64,000 bases of DNA, from the NCBI GenBank assembly GCA_044225315.1, contig JBGAIU010000009.1:672-64671 (forward strand), read 5' to 3'. The DNA comes from Polynucleobacter sp. GTDB taxonomy: Bacteria; Pseudomonadota; Gammaproteobacteria; Burkholderiales; Burkholderiaceae. Positions 34,121 through 43,665 of this stretch are shown here, one piece after another (position 1 is the first letter of the stretch; every line of letters begins with the position of its first letter). Under the pieces are notes generated by a model. That model was not told the DNA's origin, searched no databases, and worked only from the letters and a program-made list of their open reading frames with translations. A program made the position numbers and the translations under genes.

Positions 34121-35043
34121 CAGAAGTAACCTTCTTTCTTACGGCGCTCCATTGAGGCCTCATTTGTTTGGTCATCCATGCGAGTTGCGCCACGTTCAGT
34201 GATTTCTGTAATGGCGGTTTCAGCAATGATGTCTAGCGGGTTAGCAGCGGAGCTCAGAACAGGGCAGGTGCAGCTGATGTCGCCAACAGTACGGAAACGA
34301 ACGCTAAGAATCTCGCTAATATCACCTGGCGCTTTAGGTGTCACATCGGTAACTGGTACAAGAAGATTATTTTTCTTCACCACTTCACGTTGATGGGTGT
34401 AATAGATGCTAGGTAAGGCTAGATTTTCACGGGCAATGTATTGCCAAACATCAAGCTCTGTCCAGTTTGAAATCGGGAACACGCGCATGTTTTCGCCTTT
34501 GACGATGCGGGCGTTATAGAGCTTCCAGAGTTCAGGGCGTTGGGCTTTGGGATCCCATTGGCCAAATTCGTCGCGGAAGGAGAAGATGCGTTCTTTAGCC
34601 CTTGCCTTTTCTTCATCGCGGCGTGCGCCACCCATCAGAGCATCGAATTCATATTTAGCGATTGTTTCTAGTAGGGTAACTGCCTGAGCGGCATTGCGAG
34701 AGTCCGTCTCTTTACGTAAGCGAACAGTACCTTTTTTAATAGAATCCTCTACATGACCAACGATGAGTTTAACGCCGGTGTTTTTAACAACATCGTCGCG
34801 ATATTGAATTACTTCAGGATAGTTATGTCCTGTATCAATGTGCAAAATCGGAAACGGTAACTTAACAGGACGATCGCCAAATTGGAATGCCTTACGAGCT
34901 AGGTGGAACATCACAATCGAATCTTTTCCGCCCGAAAACAGCATTGCGGGATTAGAGCACTGTGCTACCACCTCACGAATGATGTAGATGGACTCAGCTT
35001 CGAGCCAATCTAGGTGATCATCAAGTAATTTTTGTTCTGACAT
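34120..35043 (-). CDS. cysD: sulfate adenylyltransferase subunit 2
   Basis: LFSGGKDS, HIDTGHN, GGARRDEEKARAKER. Confidence 0.97.
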   Translation of the reverse strand: MSEQKLLDDHLDWLEAESIYIIREVVAQCSNPAMLFSGGKDSIVMFHLARKAFQFGDRPVKLPFPILHIDTGHNYPEVIQYRDDVVKNTGVKLIVGHVEDSIKKGTVRLRKETDSRNAAQAVTLLETIAKYEFDALMGGARRDEEKARAKERIFSFRDEFGQWDPKAQRPELWKLYNARIVKGENMRVFPISNWTELDVWQYIARENLALPSIYYTHQREVVKKNNLLVPVTDVTPKAPGDISEILSVRFRTVGDISCTCPVLSSAANPLDIIAETAITEITERGATRMDDQTNEASMERRKKEGYF

Positions 35044-35089
35044 TCTGTAAATTTCTTTTTGTTTCTACTAAGTTTTAATAATCAATACG

Positions 35090-35845
35090 TTATTTGTTGA
35101 CGTGCAGTCCACATTCTTTGCTATCGCTTTGCAGCCACCACCAGCGTCCAGCGCGGATGCCTTCGCCTTGCTTTACTTGGCGGGTACAAGGCTCGCAGCC
35201 AATACTGGGATAGCCCTTGAGGTGTAGTGGATGAATGGGAACATTTTCTTGTTTGATGTAAGCCCAGATATCAGCCTCACTCCAATCAAACAGGGGGTTA
35301 AATTTAGCAATACCTCTTGCGTCATCTAACTCTTCAAAATTCAGTTCAGTGCGAGTGGTTGATTGTTCACGACGTTGACCAGTAATCCAAGCATCTGCAC
35401 CTTGTAATGCGGCGTTCAAAGGTTTGATTTTGCGCGCGCCGCAGCAAGCTTTCTTGGGCTCTTCACCATCGTAAAAACCATTCATGCCATATTGATCGAT
35501 GAAGGCTTGAACATCGTTTTCTTGGGGGTAGACTTTTTCAATCGACACCCCGTAATGATCTTCGGTAGTCTTCACCATGTCGACAGTCTCTTGATGAAGA
35601 CGGCCTGTGGCTAAAGTAAAAAGCTTGATATTGGCTTTTGCTTTCTGAATGGCATCAGTGACCACCATATCTTCAGCGGCAAGACTCGTAGCAAAGCGAA
35701 CGTCTGAAAAGCGCTTGGCTATTTCAGCCAGACGTTCTTTTAAAACAGTGGACTTTTGTGCAAGTTCGGCTGAGCTTAGGGTGCTAGCCGGAATAGACCA
35801 AAAAGTGGGTTTTTCGAGGGTGGATGATAGATTTTGCTGGGTCAT
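35090..35845 (-). CDS. cysH: APS/PAPS reductase (Fe-S type motifs)
   Basis: CC motif (ACCGARK), YPSIGCEPCT, RAGRWWW, KECGLH. Confidence 0.93.
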   Translation of the reverse strand: MTQQNLSSTLEKPTFWSIPASTLSSAELAQKSTVLKERLAEIAKRFSDVRFATSLAAEDMVVTDAIQKAKANIKLFTLATGRLHQETVDMVKTTEDHYGVSIEKVYPQENDVQAFIDQYGMNGFYDGEEPKKACCGARKIKPLNAALQGADAWITGQRREQSTTRTELNFEELDDARGIAKFNPLFDWSEADIWAYIKQENVPIHPLHLKGYPSIGCEPCTRQVKQGEGIRAGRWWWLQSDSKECGLHVNK

Positions 35846-35898
35846 TTAGATGCTCCGAGAGGAGGCAAAATGGGTGCCTCCAGCTCTGAGCCAGCAGT
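35842..35898 (-). pseudogene. orphan 3' remnant of a deleted gene formerly coupled to cysH
   Basis: 18 sense codons (TAGSELEAPILPPLGASK*) with no start; TGA overlaps the cysH ATG; abuts an AT-rich promoter-like tract. Confidence 0.45.
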
Positions 35899-35983
35899 TT
35901 ATTGGCTATTCTTATTACTTACAAATATATATAAGTCATCGTTTTATACCTGAAAGTAATGGAGAAGCCCTGAAAAGGGCTTT

Positions 35984-36925
35984 TTAGTCCAAATCTACGT
36001 CAGATTCAGGTTTAAGAGCGGCCTTTATCTTGGCTTCATCCAGCTTGGAAGAGCATAACTCTATGAATTCATAGGCAAAACCGCGCAAGAAGTAGCCTTT
36101 TCTGAGGGCTATGCGGGTTGTATTGTCTTCAAAGAGGCTGCCGATATCGAGGAGGCTGAGCTTGGTATCGCGCTCAGCTTGATATGCCATAGAGGCAATA
36201 ATGCCAATTCCCAGGCCAAGCTCAACATAAGTTTTAATCACGTCAGCATCCAGTGCGGACATAACGATATCTGGGGTGATGCCAGCCTTAGCAAAAGTTT
36301 CATCTACTGATTTTCTTCCGGTAAAGCCTTCGTGATAAGTCACGATTGGATATTTAGCGATTTCCTCAAGAGTTAAATTTGTCTTCCCTTCAAGAGGGTG
36401 CCCTTTAGGAACCACTACAGTGTGGTGCCAGGAGTAATAAGAGAAGGTAACTAATTCCGGAATTCCTTCCAGAGCCTCTGTTGCAATACCAATATCAGCT
36501 CGACCCTCAAGTAATAGCTCAACAATTTCTTGTGGGCTACCTTGATGCAAGGCTAAATGAACCTTAGGAAACTTCTTCTTAAATTGACTAACTACATTTG
36601 GTAATGCATAGCGTGCTTGAGTATGAGTAGTAGCAATGGTCAACTGACCTTTATCAGTCTGACTAAACTGCGCCCCAAGTTGTTTAATATTTTTAGTGTC
36701 AAGCAAAATACGCTCAACAATCGTGAGCAGCTCCTTCCCAGGCTCGGTCAAACCAAGAAGACGCTTGCCTTTGCGGACGAATAGCTCAACACCCAGTTCA
36801 TCCTCTAAATCGAGAATATGCTTACTAACGCCTGATTGGGAGGTCGCTAAAGCATTGCCAACTTCAGTGAGGTTGAAGTTGCGACGGACAGTTTCGCGGA
36901 TGATGCGGAGTTGTTGAAAGTTCAT
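35984..36925 (-). CDS. cysB: CysB/Cbl-family LysR regulator
   Basis: MNFQQLRII, SQSGVSKHI, ATTHTQARYALP, DADVIKTYVELGLG; CysB versus Cbl/SsuR not resolved. Confidence 0.9.
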   Translation of the reverse strand: MNFQQLRIIRETVRRNFNLTEVGNALATSQSGVSKHILDLEDELGVELFVRKGKRLLGLTEPGKELLTIVERILLDTKNIKQLGAQFSQTDKGQLTIATTHTQARYALPNVVSQFKKKFPKVHLALHQGSPQEIVELLLEGRADIGIATEALEGIPELVTFSYYSWHHTVVVPKGHPLEGKTNLTLEEIAKYPIVTYHEGFTGRKSVDETFAKAGITPDIVMSALDADVIKTYVELGLGIGIIASMAYQAERDTKLSLLDIGSLFEDNTTRIALRKGYFLRGFAYEFIELCSSKLDEAKIKAALKPESDVDLD

Positions 36926-36953
36926 AATATTTTTTCTAATAAAAACCGAAGTT

Positions 36954-38045
36954 CTATTGCTTTGGCGGGTTTTCAAATACCCTCAATTGGGATGGAACAA
37001 TACGAACCTGTTGACCTTCGGTTAATTTCCGACTTGCTACCTCAGCTCGTGGAAGTTCTACCTCATAGTACTGTTGAGCATGTGAACCATCTTCAGAAGA
37101 AATGGCTGATAGTTCAACGCGTGCGTTTAGTCCAAATGAAAGAATGCGATCAATTTTTGCAAGTACACCATTTGTACTTTCGCTATCAACGACGATGTCT
37201 AATTCATGGGGGCGAGCAAAAGCTAAGACTGATGTGCCTTGGCTGATTGAGCTCGATTGATCATGTTTGAGCTTGCCACTTCCAACGGTAATATCTTGGC
37301 CATCAACACGACCATGAAACAAGTTCACATTTCCTAAAAAGCTATTCACAAACGGTGTTGCCGGATGGTCATACACTTCATCAGGGCTTCCTACTTGTTC
37401 AACAGCGCCCTGGTTCATCAAAATAACGTGATCAGCAACTTCAAGAGCCTCCTCTTGATCATGCGTCACAAAGATAGATGTGATGTGAAGCTCGTCATGA
37501 AGCGTTCTGAGCCAACGACGCAATTCTTTGCGCACCTTAGCGTCTAGAGCACCAAAGGGTTCATCTAAAAGCAGAATTTTTGGCTGAACGGCTAATGCTC
37601 TTGCGAGGGCGATACGTTGACGTTGTCCCCCTGATAATTGTGCAGGAAAGCGATCGTGCAGCCAATCAAGTTGAACAAGCTTTAGTAGTTCGTGAACGTT
37701 ATGGGCGATTTCTTCTTTGCTTGGACGTTCTTTACGATTCTTTACCTGAAGGCCAAAAGCAACGTTGTCAAATACTGTCATGTACTTAAACAAGGCGTAG
37801 TGCTGAAATACAAAGCCAACATGACGATCTCTTACTGAAGTATCCGCAGTATCAACACCATCCAGAATAATATTGCCGCTATCTGGAGTTTCAAGGCCGG
37901 CAATGATGCGAAGTAATGTGGTTTTACCGCAGCCAGAAGGGCCAAGAAGTGCTACAAGCTCTCCAGTAGGAAAATCCAATGAAACATTGTTTAAGGCAAC
38001 AAAGTTTCCAAAAGTTTTATTAATATTTCTGACTTCAATACTCAT
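36954..38045 (-). CDS. cysA: sulfate ABC transporter ATP-binding protein
   Basis: [24 protein letters not shown]. Confidence 0.96.
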   Translation of the reverse strand: MSIEVRNINKTFGNFVALNNVSLDFPTGELVALLGPSGCGKTTLLRIIAGLETPDSGNIILDGVDTADTSVRDRHVGFVFQHYALFKYMTVFDNVAFGLQVKNRKERPSKEEIAHNVHELLKLVQLDWLHDRFPAQLSGGQRQRIALARALAVQPKILLLDEPFGALDAKVRKELRRWLRTLHDELHITSIFVTHDQEEALEVADHVILMNQGAVEQVGSPDEVYDHPATPFVNSFLGNVNLFHGRVDGQDITVGSGKLKHDQSSSISQGTSVLAFARPHELDIVVDSESTNGVLAKIDRILSFGLNARVELSAISSEDGSHAQQYYEVELPRAEVASRKLTEGQQVRIVPSQLRVFENPPKQ

Positions 38046-38917
38046 AACGGTCCTTCAATTGCGGGAGGTGCATTTGTTTCAGATTTCAGGCGCCATTCAA
38101 CGTAAGTTTTAGCTGCCAAAGTTAGTAGGGCTAGTAATGCAAGGAGGGATGCCACTGCAAACGCAGCAACAAAGTTGTATTCGTTGTAAAGAATCTCTAC
38201 TTGTAGCGGAATAGTGTTGGTATAGCCGCGAATGTGCCCTGACACAACCGATACCGCCCCAAACTTGCCCATTGCGCGAGCATTACAAAGAATTACTCCA
38301 TAAAGAAGACCCCATTTGATGTTCGGAAGGGTGACATACCAAAAAGTCTGCCAACCACTTGCGCCTAACACCGTTGCGGCCTCTTCTTCTTCGCGGCCCT
38401 GTGCTTCCATCAAGGGAATCAGCTCGCGAGCAACAAATGGGAAAGTAACAAAAATGGTAGCTAAGACAATACCAGGTACCGCAAAGATAATTTTGACATC
38501 ATGTTCGCCAAGCCATGGGCCAAACCAGCCTTGAGCCCCGAACACTAAAACATAAATTAAGCCAGCGATTACAGGTGAAACAGAAAAAGGGGTGTCAATC
38601 AGGGTGATCAACAGATGTTTTCCTGGAAAATCAAACTTTGTGATTGCCCAAGATGCTGCAACACCAAATACCAAGTTCAATGGCACTGAGATTCCGGCGG
38701 CCAATAGAGTTAATTTGATCGCAGACCACGTATCAGGCTCAACAATAGATTTGAAGTAGTAAATCCAGCCCTTATGCAGAGCTTCCGCAAATACTGAAAA
38801 TAATGGAAGCAGCAAGAAAATGCCAAAGAAGCTGAGAGATAAAAGCAGTATTGTGTACTTGACTAGAGCTGAATCCTTGGTGGCGCTACTGCGCTCAAAA
38901 CGAGTTGTGTTACTCAT
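38042..38917 (-). CDS. cysW: sulfate ABC transporter permease
   Basis: [22 protein letters not shown]; GKFGAVSVV in place of GEFGAVSVV. Confidence 0.95.
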   Translation of the reverse strand: MSNTTRFERSSATKDSALVKYTILLLSLSFFGIFLLLPLFSVFAEALHKGWIYYFKSIVEPDTWSAIKLTLLAAGISVPLNLVFGVAASWAITKFDFPGKHLLITLIDTPFSVSPVIAGLIYVLVFGAQGWFGPWLGEHDVKIIFAVPGIVLATIFVTFPFVARELIPLMEAQGREEEEAATVLGASGWQTFWYVTLPNIKWGLLYGVILCNARAMGKFGAVSVVSGHIRGYTNTIPLQVEILYNEYNFVAAFAVASLLALLALLTLAAKTYVEWRLKSETNAPPAIEGPL

Positions 38918-39753
38918 TAGCGAGTTCTCCCCGTTCTTTTAGCGGTCCATGCCTGAAGGCTATTAATGGCCAAAAGTAGGACCAAGGAGATCACGAGCAT
39001 CACAGAAGCAATCGCGGTTGCTCCAGCGTAGTCATATTGCTCGAGTTTGGTGATGATCATTAGCGGCGTGATTTCTGAAACCATCAGAATGTTGCCGGCA
39101 ATAAAAATTACAGAACCATATTCGCCAACAGCGCGTGCGAATGCTAAAGCAAATCCAGTCAAGAGTGCTGGAAATAAAATTGGCAAGATCACTCTCTTAA
39201 AGGTTTGCAGGCGACTTGCACCCAAGCTTGCGGATGCTTCCTCAAGTTCAAGTTCAATTTCTTCAAGAATAGGTTGAACAGTACGTACAACAAAGGGTAG
39301 CCCGATGAAGATTAATGCAACCAATACACCCCATGGCGTAAATGCAATTTTGATACCAAGCGGTTCAATGTATTGACCAATCCAACCATTTTTAGAATAG
39401 AGCGCAGCTAGTGCGATACCAGTTACTGCCGTCGGAAGTGCGAAAGGAAGATCAACCAATGCATCAACTAGGTTCTTGCCAATAAAGGTATAGCGTACTA
39501 GTGACCAGGCTAGCAAAAGACCAAAGACTGTATTGATAGCGCCAGCCAATAAGGCCATTCCAAAACTTAATCTATATAAGGCGAGTACGCGAGGTGCGGT
39601 AGTTGCATCGATAAATTCTGAAAAGGTAAGACTGGTCGTCTTAAAAATTACTGCAGAAAGTGGAATTAAAACGATGATCGATAGATAGACTATGGTGTAG
39701 CCAAGCGACAAACCAAAACCAGGAAAGATGCTCTTTTTCTTGAACGTAGACAT
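38917..39753 (-). CDS. cysT: sulfate ABC transporter permease
   Basis: [31 protein letters not shown]; start moved to ATG 39753. Confidence 0.95.
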   Translation of the reverse strand: MSTFKKKSIFPGFGLSLGYTIVYLSIIVLIPLSAVIFKTTSLTFSEFIDATTAPRVLALYRLSFGMALLAGAINTVFGLLLAWSLVRYTFIGKNLVDALVDLPFALPTAVTGIALAALYSKNGWIGQYIEPLGIKIAFTPWGVLVALIFIGLPFVVRTVQPILEEIELELEEASASLGASRLQTFKRVILPILFPALLTGFALAFARAVGEYGSVIFIAGNILMVSEITPLMIITKLEQYDYAGATAIASVMLVISLVLLLAINSLQAWTAKRTGRTR

Positions 39754-39807
39754 CACGAGAGAATAGGGGTTTGCCCCAAAAAAAGGGAAACAAGAAATGC
39801 TCATTAA

Positions 39808-39830
39808 CTTATATGCAATTTGCATATAAG
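39808..39830. promoter_or_regulatory. 23-bp palindrome upstream of cysT, candidate operator
   Basis: CTTATATGCAA-T-TTGCATATAAG, perfect 11-bp arms. Confidence 0.5.
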
Positions 39831-39845
39831 GGTTAATTTGATGGA

Positions 39846-39879
39846 AAAACAGCCTAGAGATTGATGTCTAGGCTGTTTT
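39846..39879 (-). terminator. hairpin/terminator between sbp and cysT
   Basis: AAAACAGCCTAGA-N8-TCTAGGCTGTTTT. Confidence 0.7.
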
Positions 39880-39918
39880 GTCTTGTATTGCCCCGCTTAA
39901 TTGACGGAAATAAATCCC

Positions 39919-40923
39919 TTATTTCACGATAATTTCGTCAAAAGTACCACCATCATTAAAGTGTGTTTTTTGTGCGTTCGTCCAACCGTCAAACACTTGG
40001 TCAATAGTAATTAATTTAACCTTAGCAAATTGATTGGCGTACTTGGCAGCAACTTTAGGGTCGCGAGGGCGATAGTAGTTGCGTGCAGCAATTTCTTGCC
40101 CTTCAGGTGTGTAAAGACCTTGAAGATACGCCGTTGCCACTTTACGAGTACCTTTTTTATCAACCACTTTATCTACTACTGCGACAGGTGGTTCAGCCAA
40201 GATTGATAGAGATGGAGTCACAATTTCAAATTTATCTGGACCCAATTCTTTAACTGCTAAGAAGGCTTCATTTTCCCAAGCTAGTAAAACGTCACCAATG
40301 CCGCGTTCGGTAAAGGTGGTGGTTGCACCGCGAGCACCAGAGTCTAAAACTTTAACGTTTGCATATAGTTTTTTCACAAACTCTTTTGCCTTGGCATCAT
40401 TGCCGCCTGGTTGTTTAAGCGCATAAGCCCAAGCTGCTAGGTAGTTCCAACGTGCTCCACCGGAGGTTTTTGGGTTTGGTGTAATGACTTCAACGCCTGG
40501 TTTGATGAGGTCATTCCAGTCCTTGATGCCTTTTGGATTGCCTTTGCGAACCAAAAACACAATAGTTGATGTGTATGGAGAGGAATTGTCTTTAAATTTC
40601 TTTTGCCAATCTTTTGAGAGTAGACCCTTTTCAGCCAAAATATCAATGTCGTATGCGAGTGCTAGTGTCACAACATCAGCATCTAAACCATCAATAACTG
40701 CGCGGGCTTGTTTTCCAGAGCCACCATGGGATTGTTTGATGGAAATCTCTTCACCGGTTTTTTTCTTCCAGTCTGGTGCAAACACTTTGTCATAGTCTTG
40801 GTAGAGTTCGCGAGTTGGGTCATAGGAAACGTTCAGAATACTTTGTTGTGCAAAGCTGGTAGATATCAAGCCAGCGCCCAGTAAAAGCGCTGCTAAAAAT
40901 TTTGATAGACCCTGGTGTTTCAT
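39919..40923 (-). CDS. sbp: sulfate-binding periplasmic protein
   Basis: [33 protein letters not shown]; signal peptide present. Confidence 0.96.
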   Translation of the reverse strand: MKHQGLSKFLAALLLGAGLISTSFAQQSILNVSYDPTRELYQDYDKVFAPDWKKKTGEEISIKQSHGGSGKQARAVIDGLDADVVTLALAYDIDILAEKGLLSKDWQKKFKDNSSPYTSTIVFLVRKGNPKGIKDWNDLIKPGVEVITPNPKTSGGARWNYLAAWAYALKQPGGNDAKAKEFVKKLYANVKVLDSGARGATTTFTERGIGDVLLAWENEAFLAVKELGPDKFEIVTPSLSILAEPPVAVVDKVVDKKGTRKVATAYLQGLYTPEGQEIAARNYYRPRDPKVAAKYANQFAKVKLITIDQVFDGWTNAQKTHFNDGGTFDEIIVK

Positions 40924-40966
40924 TGCAATTCCTTTCAGTTAATGAAAGGAATTTAGAGAAAAACCC

Positions 40967-41629
40967 TTAGCTTGTTAAGCAAGAAAAAGTGGATTGGTTA
41001 TCGTTAATTGGAATTAAAGGACTTTTCTCTTTAAAAACAGAGACTTTCGTCTCATTTCTGTAGGATGGAGCGTAGTTCTTGAAATGATTGAATAGTTTAA
41101 GTCCATCTGGCCATGGGCCAAATCCTGATGCCGTATTGATGTGGCCGGCATCTTTTATGGTAAAAGTACGACTTCCCCAGCAATCCCCCCAAAGTCTTGC
41201 CTTTGAAGCTTGCATCCATGGGTCATTATCACTAGCAATCAGGAGGCTGGGAACCGGGAGTGATTGTGTTGGGATTTGGGCGCGAATACTCTCCGAAGCC
41301 CCCATGCCATGCCAACGCTTCACCCCAGATTGATCAAAGCGTTCTGGGTCGGCGGGTGCCACAAGCATGAGACCAGCCACTTTTTCAGGATTTTCGACTG
41401 CGGCCAAAATAGACGCTAAGCACCCAAAGCTATGCGCGATAAGCCACACAGGGGCAGTAAGGTCGGTTAGGGTGCGGGCAATATTGGTAGCCCAATTGGC
41501 CAAAACAGGCTGTTCCCAGTTTTGATGAATACGCTTTGAGCCTGGAATTTGAGCTTCCATCCAAGTTTGCCAATGAGCTTCTTCGCTGCCCCGATAGCCC
41601 GGGATGATGAGAGTGCTGATATTAGTCAT
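40967..41629 (-). CDS. RBBP9/YdeN-type alpha/beta hydrolase
   Basis: IPGYRGSEEAHWQTW, AHSFGC, SDNDPW, GHIN; likely start ATG 41629. Confidence 0.88.
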   Translation of the reverse strand: MTNISTLIIPGYRGSEEAHWQTWMEAQIPGSKRIHQNWEQPVLANWATNIARTLTDLTAPVWLIAHSFGCLASILAAVENPEKVAGLMLVAPADPERFDQSGVKRWHGMGASESIRAQIPTQSLPVPSLLIASDNDPWMQASKARLWGDCWGSRTFTIKDAGHINTASGFGPWPDGLKLFNHFKNYAPSYRNETKVSVFKEKSPLIPINDNQSTFSCLTS

Positions 41630-41783
41630 GGTGAATTGCGGATGACTATATAACTCACCACTGCAATTTGGAATCAAGAAAAAATGCTAACGATATTTAG
41701 GAATGCTTATCTGTAATTCTTGGTTCTCACGTTGACGGTTTAGTCATAAATTTCATTTGTTTATTCATTTATGCAAATGGCTT

Positions 41784-42689
41784 ATGTCTCACCATTCAAT
41801 TTCTAGCGCCTTAAACCTTTCTCAAGTGGTTAGCGATTTGCGCCGCTCAAGAGAAGAAACGCACAAGATTCGTCATTTGGACAGGGTACGAGAGCTTCCA
41901 TCCAGAGAAGCTTTAGAGAAAATTTTAGAGGGCTTATTTGCTGCATTATTTCCAACCCACTATGGTCGCGCCGATCTGACGGATGAGAGTATTGATTACT
42001 TTGTGGGTAATGTTCTAAGTGTGGTCCTGAATTCCTTGACCGAACAAATTCGTCGTGGTCTTTATTTCTCTTCCGATAGTAATTTAGAGAAAGAGGAAAA
42101 ATTTGACGCTTTATCAGAAACATTAGCGAGTCAATTTGCTAGCGAGCTTCCTGCAATTCGAGCATTAATCGTTAGTGATATACGTGCGGCAATGAGTGGC
42201 GATCCAGCTGCCACTAGCGTTTCTGAGATTCTCTTGTGCTATCCAGGTGTTAGCGCAGTGATTCATTACCGAATTGCTCATGCCCTATATGAATTAGGCG
42301 CGCCGCTATTAGCCCGATTTATTTCTGAGATTGCTCACTCTCGCACAGGTGTGGATATTCACCCTGGCGCGAAGATCGGAGAGGGCTTTTTCATTGATCA
42401 TGGCACTGGCGTAGTGATTGGTCAGACGGCCATTTTGGGTAAGAACATTCGTCTATATCAAGCAGTTACTTTGGGCGCAAAACGGTTCCCAGAAGATGAT
42501 GAAGGCAATCTGATTAAGGGGGCAGATCGGCACCCAATTTTGGAAGATGACGTTGTTATTTATGCGGGTGCAACAGTACTTGGGCGAATCACGATTGGCG
42601 CGCGATCGACCATAGGCGGCAATGTGTGGCTTACAAAGAGTGTTCCCCCGGATAGCAATATTTCTCAGGCTCAAACACTTGGGCACTAA
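41784..42689 (+). CDS. cysE: serine O-acetyltransferase (EpsC/CysE type)
   Basis: GDPAA, GVDIHPGAKIG, FFIDHGTGVVIG, RHPILEDDVVIYAGATVLG. Confidence 0.94.
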   Translation: MSHHSISSALNLSQVVSDLRRSREETHKIRHLDRVRELPSREALEKILEGLFAALFPTHYGRADLTDESIDYFVGNVLSVVLNSLTEQIRRGLYFSSDSNLEKEEKFDALSETLASQFASELPAIRALIVSDIRAAMSGDPAATSVSEILLCYPGVSAVIHYRIAHALYELGAPLLARFISEIAHSRTGVDIHPGAKIGEGFFIDHGTGVVIGQTAILGKNIRLYQAVTLGAKRFPEDDEGNLIKGADRHPILEDDVVIYAGATVLGRITIGARSTIGGNVWLTKSVPPDSNISQAQTLGH

Positions 42690-42744
42690 GCAATAAAGAA
42701 ACAATTTTTTACTTATTTTTTAAACAACAACCAAAGGAGTAGTT

Positions 42745-43665
42745 ATGGCAGAAGTAATTCAAAGTCCAACAGCGTTAGGAGATTTGGCCGCACGGCAGTT
42801 AGCAAACGCTACGAAAACAGTACCTCAGTTATCAACAATTACCCCGCGTTGGTTAACTCAACTTTTGGGTTGGGTTCCTGTTGAGGCAGGTATTTATCGT
42901 CTAAATCGAGTAATTAACCCATCTGAAGTATTAACAGACTGTTCAAGTCGTGATAACGAGCGTGTATTGCCACAAACATTTGTGGACTATGATGCTAAGC
43001 CACGCGAATATTTCTTGAGTGCTGTTAATACAGTATTAGATGTTCATACCCGTATTTCAGATCTATACAGCAGTCCATACAATCAAATTAGCGAGCAGTT
43101 GCGTTTAACTATCGAAACTGTCAAAGAGCGTCAAGAAGGTGAATTAATTAATAACGCTGAGTATGGCTTACTTGCAAGCGTTGCGCCTGATCAACGTATC
43201 AAAACTCGTACTGGCGCACCAACACCAGATGATTTGGATGAGTTGTTGACTAAAGTTTGGAAAGAGCCTGGTTTCTTCTTGGCCCATCCTAAGACAATCG
43301 CTGCATTTGGTCGTGAATGTACTCGTCGCGGCGTTCCTCCTCCAACAGTTAGACTCTTTGGCAGTCAATTTTTGACATGGCGTGGCGTTCCATTGATTCC
43401 ATCAGACAAAGTCAAGATTCAGGATGGTAAATCTTCAATCCTATTGATTCGTAGCGGTGAGAAAAAGCAAGGCGTGGTTGGCTTGTATCAACCTAATTTG
43501 CCAGGTGAGCAAAGCCCAGGCCTCTTAGTTCGTTTCATGGGGATTAATAACAAAGCAATCGCTTCTTATTTGGTTTCTTTGTATTGCTCTTTGGCAGTAC
43601 TGACTGATGATGCGCTTGCAGTGTTAGATGGCGTTGAGATTGGCAAATACCATGAGTACAAGTAA
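42745..43665 (+). CDS. family 2A encapsulin nanocompartment shell protein (SrpI-like)
   Basis: ARQLANATKTVPQLSTITPRWL, WVPVEAGIYRLNRV, PTPDDLDELL, ECTRRGVPPP, YLVSLYCSLAVL; 306 aa. Confidence 0.95.
   Translation: MAEVIQSPTALGDLAARQLANATKTVPQLSTITPRWLTQLLGWVPVEAGIYRLNRVINPSEVLTDCSSRDNERVLPQTFVDYDAKPREYFLSAVNTVLDVHTRISDLYSSPYNQISEQLRLTIETVKERQEGELINNAEYGLLASVAPDQRIKTRTGAPTPDDLDELLTKVWKEPGFFLAHPKTIAAFGRECTRRGVPPPTVRLFGSQFLTWRGVPLIPSDKVKIQDGKSSILLIRSGEKKQGVVGLYQPNLPGEQSPGLLVRFMGINNKAIASYLVSLYCSLAVLTDDALAVLDGVEIGKYHEYK

Noticed and set aside
35965-35982. AAGCCCT-GAAA-AGGGCTT as the cysB terminator
   Set aside because: The stem is real but the T tract is on the plus strand, not downstream of cysB; role unresolved
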